DNA from: Lama glama
Taxonomy: Eukaryota
Direction of reading: 5' to 3'
DNA: 64,000 nt
Assembly (NCBI GenBank): GCA_028534125.1
Contig: CM052818.1
Span: 46,564,001-46,628,000 of the forward strand
A program made the position numbers and the translations under genes. This document shows positions 50,001 through 63,439 of this stretch, one piece after another. Every line of letters starts with the position of its first letter. Position 1 is the stretch's first letter. A model generated the notes under the pieces. That model was not told where the DNA came from and ran no database searches. It worked only from the letters and a program-made list of their open reading frames with translations.

Positions 50001-52008
50001 TGCAATGTAGACTGAAGAAGATATATGCTAAAAAATATTTTATATGAATTACCAACTTTACTGGACAAAGTTTACCACCGTGTAACTTCTCAAATAGTAT
50101 TTCATTCAAAGATATTTAAAGAATATTTAATTTGCACCTTATTTTAAACTACAGAAAAAATTACTTTAAAATGTTGCCATTAAAATAATTACAAAGTTTA
50201 TACTTTTATTCAAGGTCTGCATTACATTTAGGACAAAAATCTCTCCTATTTAAAATTCAAACGTTTTGAATTTTAATTTCTATATTCATGGACAACTCTG
50301 GACATTTATACTTTTCTGTTTCCTTATTTTGAATTGTTCAAAATTATTAGTTTATTGATTTGAAGGGTTCTGCATTACAGTTGAAAGAAAAAATTACTTG
50401 AGAGAATAATTGTTTCAGAATAGTGCCTGTTACTACTTTGTCAGTGAAGGACTTGTCCAGAGTTTTAGATATAAACCAGTATTTTGTGGAGTTTTATTCA
50501 GCCACTAATAGTCCATCCTGGCTGAAATTGAATACAGCAGATTTAACGTAGGTGCAGAATTCTAAATAACGCTGTGAAATACAGTCTTGACTGCCCTCAA
50601 GTACCTTATAAAACTACACTTAACCCAGGGTACATTTAATGAATGGCTGATCGTTTATACACTTCAGTTAGATGCTGAAAGTTCTGCTTTCTGCAGTCCT
50701 TTCTTATAAAAGTGCATTTGTGTCCATGCACGCTCCTTATGCTGAAGGAAAATATTTGCATTAAAAAAAGAAATTCCACTCTGAAATGTGGATTTGCAAG
50801 ATGAGGAAGCAGAGGATCTCTACAGTGATTTTCTGCAGCACCACTCAGTCAAATCTATCTAGAGTAACTCAATACTGAAAAAACTTAAAATGAGATCTTC
50901 CACGTTGGCATTTTGTAGGACTGCTCTTAAAATCAGTGACTAAGCTGCTTTTTGTGTCTCTTGTACCAAGGATGCAGCCAATTACATTTTACTTGGTTTG
51001 CTGCTTAATAATGTTTTTATATGTTTAAAATAGTATTTATTTGAATTTTTTTAACATTATGCAAACCCCAGTAAAGAACTGGTAAGCTCTATATAGGTCA
51101 TTGATTGGGAAGACTTTCTGAAATGGAGCCTGAAGATGCATTTTTATGCCAACTAATTTGTCTTGCCTTTAAGACTGATTATACCTGTCTTCTTTCAGTA
51201 GATCTTTTATAAAGCAAAAGAACAAAACAAAAAAACCCAAGACTGTTCTGTAAATAAGAATATAAAGATTCACGCAAAATCACTGTCTAAAGCTTATTCA
51301 GTGATGCAAAGCCATCTTTCCAGTCCCGTTTTATCAGATTTTGCTACTATAAAAAGAAATGGAAATATAATGAAAAACCAAAAGTTACAGAGCAACATCA
51401 GTAAAATGAGTAACCATTTTCTTAATAACATGTTTGAAATGGAAAAAGTGACTGGCTGCCTTTACTGGTGTTGTAAATGACCATATTCTGCCCAGTCTCT
51501 GTTTTGGGGTAATTTTAAGAAATTGGTTTGTTACCATTCCTCTTTGCTTTTTCCTGTCAAAGGGCAAACACATGTAAGGAGTTTGACAGCCTTTTAAAAT
51601 ATGCCTCTTTTCTGATGTTAAGCATTTTTGATTCTGTATCTATGGGTTTGTCAACAAAGTCCATTCGCTCCTGACTTATTTACACAGGAGAGAAGGAATC
51701 AAACATTCGACACACACGTGTTCCAAGCCAGTCTTCTCCATCTTCTGTCACCTGTACGCAGCTGCCTCCCTGAACCAGGAGGGGCCCGATGGAAAGCAAT
51801 AGGAATAAAAGTAAAAATAATTCAGGTGAAACCAGAGAAGCCCTTCTCCATACAGAGTGAAAATGTGTGATTTCATCCTGCCTTCCTTTACAGGTTGTGT
51901 CTTGATCTCTGCGTAGGAGTAGTTGAACATTGTTAGCCAAACGCGAGAAGGGTTCCAGCGCCAGCAGCCAGTATTTACAATCGTCACTTGCCTTCCCTGG
52001 GTGAGAAT

Positions 52009-52023
52009 AGAACGTGGTGTTCT
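52009..52023. promoter_or_regulatory. Candidate androgen/glucocorticoid response element (IR3)
   Basis: AGAACGtggTGTTCT matches AGAACAnnnTGTTCT at 11 of 12 positions. Confidence 0.3.
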
Positions 52024-52282
52024 GTGCATTTTGTTTTTGTTATTCCAAAATATTTTTTTAAAGAAGTGTTATTTTTTGACAGATCCATAAATTAGTTCCG
52101 TGTTGTATGGCAAATTAAAACTTACCACTGTGTCAGTTACACTGTGACGTGATAATTTCATAACCGCTCATTTCGAGTCTGTGTCCTCAGAGCTGCACTG
52201 GTGGCTTGTTGCTGGGTTTTAAAGATGTTTTTAACTGAACATATAAATGTTTTTTTCTAATTTGTGTGTCTTTAAAAAAATG

Positions 52283-52318
52283 ATTAAACGGTAGTTTAAA
52301 AATACATGTGTGTGTTTG
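52283..52318 (+). terminator. Candidate distal polyadenylation signal
   Basis: ATTAAA 52283-52288, CA at 52305-52306, and downstream GU-rich TGTGTGTGTTTG 52307-52318. Confidence 0.5.
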
Positions 52319-55300
52319 CTAATTTCAGAGACTTTAAATTACATCTCTAGAACTGAATGTCAGGTCTGTCATGAAAAGCAATGGTCTTATTGAAGGAGTC
52401 TTTAATTGGATGGTAATACTCACAGGAGTCATTGACTCTTTAAAGATCATTTAAAAGAAACTATTGTCACGTGATAAACACTTTGGAAGGCAATGAAAAC
52501 AGCCTTAAGTTAGTGTATAGTATCTTGTATTCTCAAAACAGACTTAGACAGTGAAGGTGACGCTGACTGTTCTCAGTTACAAAGAAAAAGCGTTGGCTTC
52601 CCCAGTCCTGCTGTTAGTACTTGCACTGGGCTTATCTGGATCTGGTCTTGGCTTTTGAGAAGCAGAGCTCTGAGACCCCTACTCCATTTCTGCACCATGA
52701 GTACAAACTTAAGGGAACTTTGCAGTGTCCTTCCTGGCCCTTACAGATACGTTGTGAACGGCTGCAGGGAAGACATCTTACATAACTTGTGCTGTTGGAC
52801 AGAAATGCTAGGCGAAATGCATACGAAAAGCCCAGTGTTGGTGCTTTCTGGCTGGAAGGCCTTCGACTTGATAGCAGATTTAAATGACCCTGTTTTGAGA
52901 TCCTGTGCTGAAATTGAGCCGTGACCGACAGCTGTGGGGACGCGGCACTCAGAGCTGCAGCCGGTCCAGCCCTCACGAGTGTGTCCCGACAGGCACGCCA
53001 GCGAGGGTAACTTGATTCGCTCAGTCAGGAAGGCCAAGGGCCAGGTGATGACGGACTCCTGCTGTATATGGGTGAACATTGTATGTTCTGTATTTTTCTT
53101 TCAATTCTTCATTCCACGGTAATTTAATGAGTTCTGACCCAATGTGCTGGGTGACTAAAGAATTAATCACGGCTCTTGCCTTTGAGGCACCGGTAAATGG
53201 TACCCGGATGACATAGTGTGTGTTTATTAGAGGCTTGCAGAAGGGCATTTGGATTACGGAGGGCTGCACGGAGGAGGTGGCACTTGGGTTTGTGAGGAAG
53301 TGCTTTACTGGGCTGACAGGGGAGTTAAGTAGAGGAAGAAAGAAAAGCATGTCCAGAATTTTACAGTGTTACACACAAATAGAATAAAAACAGCAGGAGT
53401 CCTGCAAGTTCAGCGCTGCCCTGTGCTGACTTCCTATTTAACAATATCGTACCCCCCCCATTAGAGAAAGGAATAACAAGGGAAAAAATGAGTTTAGCTA
53501 ATGTTTGGAAAATAAGACTTCATGAAATATTTCCAGCATATAGTTCCATCCAGAACAACATAACAGATCCCCGCGTCCACCGCTCAGACTGAACAGACGT
53601 TTCCCCTTTGCCGCATTAGGTTTACTTTGTCTTTTTTCTCATAAGAAGAACGTTGCACATCAGGCCAGCTTACCTGCCCCAGCCTTCCCTTCCCCTCCCT
53701 CCTGAGAAGTCACAGCCGTGTCAATGGGAGCCTCTTTGGGTAAGCTTTTCATTTGGTCACCTGCTTTCTTATAAGCTTAGCTACGTGATTTAAAAAATAA
53801 AAGCCGCCTGTTTTCTCAGTGCTTGTAATGGATGGGTCGTGTGGTTGGGGCCAGACATCAGCTCAGGTTTCTGGTGTCATGAAATGTGGCACTTCTCTTT
53901 ACTGGGAAAATCCTTTCTATTATGATGTATCTTTTATTTTTCACACGTGCTTTGTTTTGTGTTGCGTCCTCTTTTTTGTCTCCTCCTCCCAGGCGACACT
54001 GGCAGTGTCCACGAGCACAGGCTGAGACTCTCGCCAGCGGAAGGCCAGAGCTGGACGCCCTTACAGGATGCCCTTCGCTCGGTGGCATCCCTTTTGGCAG
54101 AGCGAGCGTGAGAGCAGCCTGATAAAAACAGGCCTAAGATCTGAGCTTAACTGCCAGCTGTTTACAGCCATCGGTGGGAGGTCAGCTGCCCAGCACCCAG
54201 AGACCGAGGGCCGGTGAGGAGATGAGGCCCTCAGATGGCCGAAGGGGCTGCCAGTCCCCCACGAAAGCAGAGCTCCTGTTTCTCTCTCCACACCTCTTCA
54301 ATGCATGAGTCATAAGACTCAAGAAGAGGCTAAAAAAAAAAAAAAAAAAAAGGAGAGAGAGAGAAATTAACAAGTACTGGAAATATATCCTGCAATCCTG
54401 AACCTTTATAATACAGCTTCTGAAAAGGGTCAGCCCCACACCGCTGCCTCCTTAGTTGTCCCCAGTGCTCTGCTGAACCATTTCTGCAAGGGTCATTGTT
54501 TTGGTTTTGGGTGGGGTTTTTTTTTTTTTTTTTTTTGCCTCCTTTGCTGCATGTGATGGTTGGTTTCCCACTTTTGCATCATTCAGTCTCTGCAGCGCTT
54601 GGCTTTGTTGACCACTCTCTTCTTGAGGTTCTTTTCTCAGCTTCTGTGAAACTGCCCTCCTTCCTTATTCTCCTGCCTCTGGGTAACCCTCTGAGTCGCC
54701 AAGACCCCTCGTCCTGGTCCCAGTTCTCATAGCTCCTCTGCGTTGGTCCTGCAACCAACACAGATCTCTGTCTCCTAACCACCCCCATCCCGCCCCCACC
54801 CCATATGAAACCAGTATATATACAACTCCAGCTAAACATCTCCCCACTAAAGAATCACTAGCACCTTAAGCTCAGAACATCCAAACCTGTCATCTTGTTA
54901 CATCACCCCCCAAAACATGTGATTCCTCTTGTAGTGTCAGTAAATGGCACGAACATTTCCCTAGTTACCCAAGTCAGAAGACTGTGCGCCACCTCGTCCT
55001 TCCTTACCCACCATCACGTGTTGCCAGCCCCTGGGTGTCCCGTCTTCCAGACAACTGACCCCACCTCCACTGCCCCTGCCTCCCCGTTTCTCACCAAGTT
55101 CATGGCAACGACCTCCCAAAGGGTCTTGCATCCTCCAGGCAGGTCTTCCTCTGACTCATTCTCTAACATGCTGCCTTGAGTCATCTTTCTAAAGTCAAAG
55201 AAATCGGATTTTTTTCCTGCTTCAAAAATAAAACCGTTAGCCAAAGCCTTTATAATGAAGTCTTAAGTATGGCAGAAAAAGCTGTCCATGGTCTAACCCC

Positions 55301-55359
55301 TGCTCAGCCCTCAGCATGCTTCTCTGTCCTGATTCACACCCCTGTCAGCATACGCGTGC

Positions 55360-55712
55360 TGCTGTAGATTGAATCAGACCCCCGGAAATTCATGTTTAAA
55401 TCCTACCTGCAAGGTGATGGTGCTCGGAGGTGGGGCTTGGGGCATGTGCTTAGGTCATGAGGGTGGGTCCTCATGAGTGGGAGTAGTGCCCTTATAAAAG
55501 ACCCCAGAGAACTCCCTTGCCCCATCTACTACTTGAGGGTACAGCAAAAATGGCAGTCTGCACCCCGGAGGAGGTCTCTCGCCAGAATCTGACCACACTG
55601 GTGCCCTGATGTCAAACTTCCAGCCTCCAGAATTGTGAGGAAAAAGTTTCTGATGTTTGCAAGTCACCCAGTCTATGGTAATTTGCTGCAGTGGTCTGAA
55701 CAGACTGAGGCA
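55360..55712 (+). mobile_element. MLT1A-like solo LTR (MaLR)
   Basis: TG...CA termini, ~350 bp. Internal motifs TTAGGTCATGAGGGTGG, CCCTTATAAAAG and AACTTCCAGCCTCCAGAATTGTGAG. Confidence 0.8.
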
Positions 55713-57819
55713 CCCTTCTGCTCGAGTTGCGCTGAGTAATTACACTTCCTCTAGTCTCTCTGCCTTGCTTCCTACCTGCTGCTCCTTTTACATAGAATTC
55801 CCATCCACACCGCATCCTCCCCACCTCTCTCTCCCAGCCCACTCCTGCTGCATCATCAGGACACGGTCTCACCATCGTTGGTCAGGGAATGCTCAGTGAG
55901 CTTGTGCCCTGCACCAGGCACCACGATGAATGCTAAGCGTCAAACAGGAGATACTTTTCTCTGGGCCCTGAACCTCCCCATCCCATTTGTTCAAAGTTGC
56001 ACAACCAAAGAAGAAGGTAGAGTGATGAATGTAGAACAGTAGACAAATTCATGAATTATCTGATATTTACTCCAGACAAAGAAACAGATTCCTTTAGCTA
56101 TAGGACCTCCATTTCCAGGGGCCCTCGTGACTGGCTGCCACTTGTGGTTGACGGAGGTATAGATGCCCAAAGTTTCCACCTGTCACATTAGAGAGACAAA
56201 CTGAATCAAAGTGCTTGGGCCCTGGAGGCCACTCTAATGAAGGATGTAGGTAACATGCAGATTAAATAAGCCACAAGTTTGCTGAACCCTCCTCCAACCT
56301 GTAAAAGCAGAAAATCAGTTGTCAGTCTCCACTTACAAATGTATTTGAAGCAGGAAGAGAGGAAGGCACAGGGGCTGCTCTGCCTTTATACTGGCGCGTT
56401 GTATTTTCCTGGAAGTAATTTTCTTTCAGGGACATATTAGGCCGTAGATAGATAAAATTAATTCAAACTTTTTATCAGCTTTCATCCGGAACAACAGAAA
56501 AATGGACAGTGGACTGATTCAAGATGAATTCAGTATGAGGAATCAGCCCAGATGACTATCACCTGATTTTCTGAATCAGTTTGCTCAGGGAGAAACTGAC
56601 TAATAATGAAGAACTAAGGACTCTGAGGCCAGTAGTCATGTGCTCCTGACATTTTATTCCATTAGGGATCTGGACCCATGAACCACAATGTGCGTAGGTA
56701 TGTTTAGTACGTGATGGTGGTGCTCGGTGGTGGAACTTCCCGTGTGAATGGCTAACAATTCAAACTCAGGCTGCCACGCTGACTGCATGGAAGTGTGTTT
56801 TATGTCTAGAGTCACAGTGTTTCAGTATATTTATGTTTACTAGATCACCTCTGTTTTCATCACGATTGAAAATGGAAACCTTGCTACCCCCACGCAGCTC
56901 TGGACAGCCCATCTTTCACTCTCTTCCCAACTTCCCCAAACCTGCCACCATCCTGGGAATTCATGGGGCATTCTTAGTAAAATACCACCATTTTCTTAAA
57001 CTTCTTCCACCTTTTGCTCTAATGAACACGCAGTCTCTCCCGAGGACATCACTTCCCTTGCAGACCTCGTAAGTGGGAGCCGGTTTCTCTCTCTCATCAC
57101 TGGGCCTGGAGGTGAGGTAGGTGCCCTTCCTCCTCACTGGCACATGCAGACAGTTGTCCCTGCTTTCTTCCTAAAGTACCAGAGTTTAGAACCTCACGAT
57201 GTCCCTCCTTGCTGCGGCCATCTACAGGCTTCCCTTGGCCACCCCTCACCAGGAAATGGTAAAGCCTGGTTATTGTCCCTCTCCAACACATGACCCTTGA
57301 CAACTTCAGCGTCCTTACAGAAGGACCTGCCCACACTCTGGCCTCCCAAGTCCCTAACCTGCCTTCCTCCAATAATCCTGTCCCCCATTCTACTCAGGCC
57401 ACCTGTAGACATGTGTTAGACCTTGCTATCACCAACAGTCTCCATTTCAAGCACTCACCTCACCACCTCTCAACTTTCCATGTCCCTCCCTCTAGGATAC
57501 AGACTCCATCAACTATCTGACACCACAATACATACTTATTTTCCAGTGATCTCAGCTCATGTCCTTACTTCTCCCTTCCCCTGCTTGGACTCTCTGATCT
57601 GCATTTGCTCGTAGTAACACTACAGCTACAACACCATGTTTCTGTCCTAAAAGCACAGGAATTCTGATGAATTCTACATTGTGTGATCCAGCAAAAAAGA
57701 AAAACGCCATGTGTTGCATTGGTAATTGTAAATGCTGAATCACTGTAAAAATATACATATATATTCTAAAGTAAAAATTTTATTTTATATATATGCCTAT
57801 AAAATAGTGTGTACGTACA

Positions 57820-58230
57820 TATAATAAACTTTGGTTTTAAAATGGTTTTAGATTTACAGAAAATGTGGTGAAGGAGGTACAGAGTTCCCACGTACCCCAC
57901 GCAGTGTTTCCCAATTTTTAACCTTTTACATTAATTTAGTACCTTAGCCACAACTAATAAACCAATACTGATGCATTATTATTAACTCAAGTCCACAGTT
58001 TATTCAGATTTCCTTAGCCTTAGCTTTATTCCTAACGCCCATTTCTGCCCCGGATCCCACGTAGGACACATTACATTTAGTCATTCTGTCTCCTTAGGCT
58101 CCTCTTGACTGTGACGGCGTCTCAGACACTTCTGCCTTTCAATTACCTTGACAGCTTGGAGGGCTGTTGGTCAGGTATTTCTCAGAAAGTCTCTCCACTG
58201 GGATTTGCCTGAGGTTTTCTCTTGAGTATA
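57820..58230 (-). mobile_element. L1MC/MD 3' end
   Basis: GGTTTTAGATTTACAGAAAA...TACAGAGTTCCCA...TTTATTCAGATTTCCTTAG. Confidence 0.7.
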
Positions 58231-58379
58231 CTTGGATAGGAGAGAACTTCCTTTTTGATGGTGTGGATCTCCCGCTTACAGTTTTACCTGCCTAATGATT
58301 GAAAGAATGTTTCATAAACTAGCTTCTGGCTCCATCCGTTATAGACCTTGTGTGTCTTCCATATTCCAGATGCTTTGGT

Positions 58380-59056
58380 ACTGGGTACTCCAGGGCATCT
58401 TGTTCCAAATACACCCAGAACCTGACTTTCTTTCCATCCTCTACTGTTCCCCCTAAGCTATCACCTTTCTGCTGTATTATTACAAAAGCCTTCTAAATAG
58501 TTTCCTAACCCACCTTGTTGTCCCCGAAGGTCCATTTTTCACATAGAAGGTAGAATGAGTTTTCTAAAATGGGTCAGTTGTAGACCTCCTCTGTCAAAAC
58601 CCTATCTCACCTGGAGTTAAAGTCAGGATCTTCATCGTGGTGGAAGAGACCCTGCCTGCCCCGGTCTCTCTGGTATCACCTCCTTTCCTGCCTGGCTCAC
58701 ACTGCTCCAGCCATGCTGTCCTCTATACAGGCCATGCAAGTCCCCACCTCTGGGACTGTGTACCTACTGTCCCCTTCACCTGAACAGCTCTTCCTCCGAA
58801 CAGCGCCTGGCCTCTTCACTCACCCCTACCTGGCCTCTGCTCCTTAAACTTCTTCTGCACGTTCTCTTGTTCCACAGCCCTTCTCGCTGTCTGCTGACTA
58901 TAGATGACTTGCTGGCGTCTCGTCTGCCCACCCCATTGGAATAGAAGCTCCATGAGGGGTGATGGCAGGGATTTTATCCTCACTGCTGTATCCCTGGTGT
59001 CTAGAAGAGTGCCGAGCACATAGAAAGCCTTCAATAAATGTCAGTTGAATGAGTGA
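58380..59056 (+). mobile_element. L2 3' region
   Basis: Ends with TAGAAGCTCCATGAGGG...CACTGCTGTATCCCTGGTGTCTAGAAGAGTGCC...TCAATAAATGTCAGTTGAATGAGTGAA. Confidence 0.7.
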
Positions 59057-62000
59057 AGCTTAGAGTGAATCATTCACTTCTTCAAGGACATTTGGCACAT
59101 AACAGGGGCTCATGAATCTGGATGAGTAAAATAAATGAATGAGTGCATGGAGTCTGGTCCCACAGCTGAAAGCCTCTGCTGACATTCCCGGTGTATCCCT
59201 AAGCCGATATCCTCTCGCTTTCCCATTATTTCTGGCAAGCGGTCTCCTAGGAGCCCTCCAGGGGACTCTGCTAGCTGGGGTTACCATGGTTTTATACTGA
59301 CTGCACGCTGCATCAGGCTTGGTTTTCAGATATCTTGATACACTGCTATCTGACTAGCATTATCTACTTTTCCATTACACCCCTCCCAGTTGTAGCCTGG
59401 TTATGTAACCAGATTAGTCATTTCTGGACTATCCCTCACTCACATGCCTGCTTAAAATGCTCCTGCCTGCTAGGAGAACCAGCTCAAATCTTATCTTGAT
59501 TAAGATGTCAGAGAAATTCTCAATATTGATGAAAGGTGTCAATTACTGTGAACTCTAAGAAGGATAAACAGTGGAACTTCAAAAGGCCAGGAAGGCTCAT
59601 CCTAGAAAGTATTTCAACTTTTTTTTTTAAGTGATAGTAATTTAAACAGTGTTGTATTGGCTCAAGGATACACAGATGCATAAATAAATTAAGTTGAAGT
59701 CAATTTAACTCAGTAAAGAACCACTTGGTAGGTAATTTGGAAGCAGAGGAGAAAAGATTTAATACTTGATAAGAAACATGGAAAATCAGCTATCTTTAGG
59801 TGAAACATTGGGTTTAAAGAAAGATATAGGACAAATTAGAAGGTAGAATCATTAATAATAGAGTAGTTGAATCCAACGTTAACTGATGTGCTCACCAACA
59901 TTTCTAATATATCTTTAGCAAGCAAAAACAGCTTGATGATTTAAAATATGAAAACAATGACATTAAATTTCATGATTAAGATAGGAGACAGTTTGTAATT
60001 TCAAAACATACACCAACTAGCAGATCTGAATGATGCAGTTTTTATGGCATGATAAAATTAAACATTAATTCGTAGTCTCATATACAATTGAAGGGGTTTA
60101 AAGAAATTAACCAGTGGACCTAATGCAGTGTTAACTATTTTTTCTGCTCCAGCTTTTGCTCACTCTCATGGGGATCTGTGCTGATGAGTGAACTTTGGCT
60201 TCGGAGGGCCAATAGGGATTCAAGGTGCCAACTCAGCTAGGATGAGATCCTGGAACCAGAGAGCTCCAAGTCTTCAATAATAAGGGAACAAAGCAGTGAA
60301 TCTCTTACTAACTTGAGTTGCCATAAAAAATGCTTCCAATATAAAACTCTGAGTGTGCTTGGACGTCAATCTTGAGAACTTCCTGACCACATGATGCCAG
60401 TTCCCACCTCCGAGGTACTGCTTCCCTGACCCCTGCTGACCCTCTTCGTGACTTTGAGGGCGTTGCTCTCCCCCCACCAGTCCCCAGAGACCACTCACTC
60501 TTCTGAGCTGCCACGTCCTTGGAACTTAGCCTATGATGTCCTGAGCTGATCACACTTTCTGTTAGCATATTCCCCATCTCCTTAATTAGAGTGTACTTCC
60601 GTAAAGCGGGGGCTTCATGTCTTCAGTCTCTACTCGTGAGTATGAGTTTGATGATTGAAAAGAGCTTTAGAGAGCCTGAAACAGCTGTGGCAAGGCAGTG
60701 GGTGGGCAGCATGGATGTGTGTCTGCCCCGCTGGTAGCCTTGTTAGACTTACGTTGAGTTTGCCATCCACAAAAATCCAGACTCTTTTTCATATGGACTG
60801 ATACTAACTCAGTTACAGCTCTTTCTCTTTCCTTCAACTCTCTCTGTCTGCCTCTTTTCCCCCACTGCCTCTTCCCTACTTGAAGACAAAGTTTTACATC
60901 TTCCGCTTTTCTGTTGCCTCAGAGCTGTTCTTAATTCTGCCCTGTAGTTCTTTCTGGGGCCATCCCACAGCTGAGGAAATGTCTTTCTACCTTTTTGTAG
61001 AAGGAAATTGCTGATTAAATGGGTCAGGGAGGAGATTGGCGAAGATATCCTGAGAAATGTCAGTGACAACCATCACTAATCAAGGCCAAAAATGACATCT
61101 CAGGGACATCCTCATTACCCGCCCCCCTTTTCAGTAATAAAGGTTTAAAATAATGACTTCGGTCAATAAAGTTTTTGTTTCAAATCTCTGTTTAAGATGT
61201 CAGGGAACTCTGGGTGGTGAATAAGGAGAGGTATCTCTCCTTCAAATTTTTTTGTATTTTCCAAATACTTTATAATGAACACATATTCCTTTTATAGTCT
61301 GGGGGAAACAATTTTTAAGCACGACAGTGTGCAGAACAACTTAAGATTTCCATGGAAAGTCCGATATACTGTGAAATCGAAGCCACGTAGAAAGGTTGGA
61401 CTGCTGAAATCATCATCTCAGTCTGCTCATACTGTTGAAAAAGATGAAAGGGTGATTAAAATTACAGCTTGGATGGGGAGTGTGGTGAGGAATGGAAAGA
61501 TAACTCTTATTTTTCCTTCCATGTAATACCGCAGGACAAGTAGAAATGCCAGACTCTTGAAGTGATTCAAGTGATTCTGCTGAAGCAAGAAAACTTAGGA
61601 GGCGTTTGCCAGAAAGATCGAGGCAAGCTGCACAAGCCACAAAAAGACCGATGAACGTGGAGAGGATGTCAACACCGAGGAGAAAGCATCTCAGTTCTAT
61701 TTTACGATAGTCATGTCACCGCAAGACGAGTGTTCGCGTCCATAAATATGAAAGGAATAAACAGCATTTGGTGTGAGTCAGAAAATATTTATCATCACAA
61801 TGCCTCTAATTTACTAATGTAACCGACATGTGGATGGAGAAGAAGGGGCTACAGAGGGATTAAGAAGCAACTTTATTTTTCCTCAGGACCGCTCCTGGAA
61901 GTGCTCCAAGTTGACTTCTTGGTTCCCAGACAAAATTTCCAGTGGGCCTTAGAATTCTCATAATTTTTCTCATCATTGTTGGATCATTGAATATCGTCTA

Positions 62001-63439
62001 GTCACGTTTGGTCATTAAAAATGCTCAGTAACTCAGTTAAACTTTAGTAACTAGTAATTAGCTTTAGTAATTCAGTAAAACTCCTAAACGTAAGGTTTCT
62101 CCCTTTCCCAGTGAAGACGAGCAGTGTGTGGGGGGGACCCTAGCTGATAAACCTATTTCCATGCTGGTGTTTCTCCGCCTTCCTGCCGTCCTTGGAACCT
62201 GCTCCTCCTCCCATCTTCCATTCAAATGTTCACTAAAGGAAAGCCTGTTTCTAGTAGCTTCCTCCCAGGCTGTTATCTGGGCGGCTTTAAAAATATTCCT
62301 AAAAGAGCAGCTTATACACTGAGTATCTTCAGGGAGCTGTATCTGGGGGAAGAGGTGGGGAGGGGGTGCCAGTAGTGTGGCCGACTGTCTTGTCAGTGTC
62401 TGGGACTGGATGTCCCATTTCTAGATCAGGATTTGCAAAGCTCTTGACTGAGAACCACCCCCCCACCGACCTCCCCTCCCAATTCCCACTGCAGTACAGC
62501 TATGCTAGGGACCAGCTAAGCTAGAGAACCACGGCTTCCTGTCCCACACCGCCCCTTCCTTACAGCTGTAGTCCAGCTGTCCCCAAGAGAGGTGCTCTGG
62601 TTGTGTGGCTTACTGCCTCTCAGTTCGGCTCACACCTTGTGGGCAGAGCCCAGCCTGGGCACAAAGCCACCTCCTGGGCTTGTTGTGGAGGGGCAGTTTC
62701 ATCCACCAGGACATGCAGCTGGAGTTCCAGAAATTCCAGGGTGATGGGCCTGGGGTGGTGGTGGCGGTGGTGAGGTGGGGTTGAAAGGGGAGGATTCTCA
62801 TGGGGGCAGCTCTCCCCACAGTGGTGTCCCATAGAGGAAGCTCGCACGGACTGAAGAATCCTGTCACCCTGAGTCATCACTGCACTGACCAACACACTTG
62901 AGATCTTCTGGTGCCCAGCCTCTGATATGTAACCCACATTTTCCCTTTGTGTTCGCAAACTCATCCAGAAAGCCTGTCACATGCCTCGCTGATGCTTCAG
63001 ATGGTTCATTACAATTAGAGCACCGGCTCCCTTGCTGGGGCTGCAGGTCCCTATGAAACCTCAGATTCTAATTCCCATGTTGCTTTCACAGTCAGTGGTT
63101 ACTTAAAGGCTACTGGCTAGCTGGTGTAGGTCCTCCCCTCAACCAAGTGGTTTGACATTGAAAAAGAATATTCATATTTGAAATCACTGATTTGGACACG
63201 ATGGGACAAAAACCAAGTCTGAGAATGGTGTTTCAGTGGAATCAGCTAAGGAGATATGTTAAATTCCCCAAGTGTCAAGTTTTGATTTTTAAAAATTTCT
63301 ACAGCTGATCCTGATTTGGCACCACTGAAAAGCAGCTCCCAGTGGATTAATCTGGGAACTCAAGGAAAAAGCCAACAAGGAGAATGTGTGCATGAGACAA
63401 CAAGAGGGCACCCCAAAGCGGTGACGGAGGCGTAGGACA

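Larger units (their letters stand above)
46511..52306 (+). other. MBOAT2: Probable long MBOAT2 3' UTR with alternative poly(A) sites
   Basis: AT-rich and nearly free of interspersed repeats, in contrast to the flanks. AATAAA at 47044, 48063 and 48503; ATTAAA at 52283 followed by CA and a GT-rich element. The 3' end is inferred. Confidence 0.6.
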
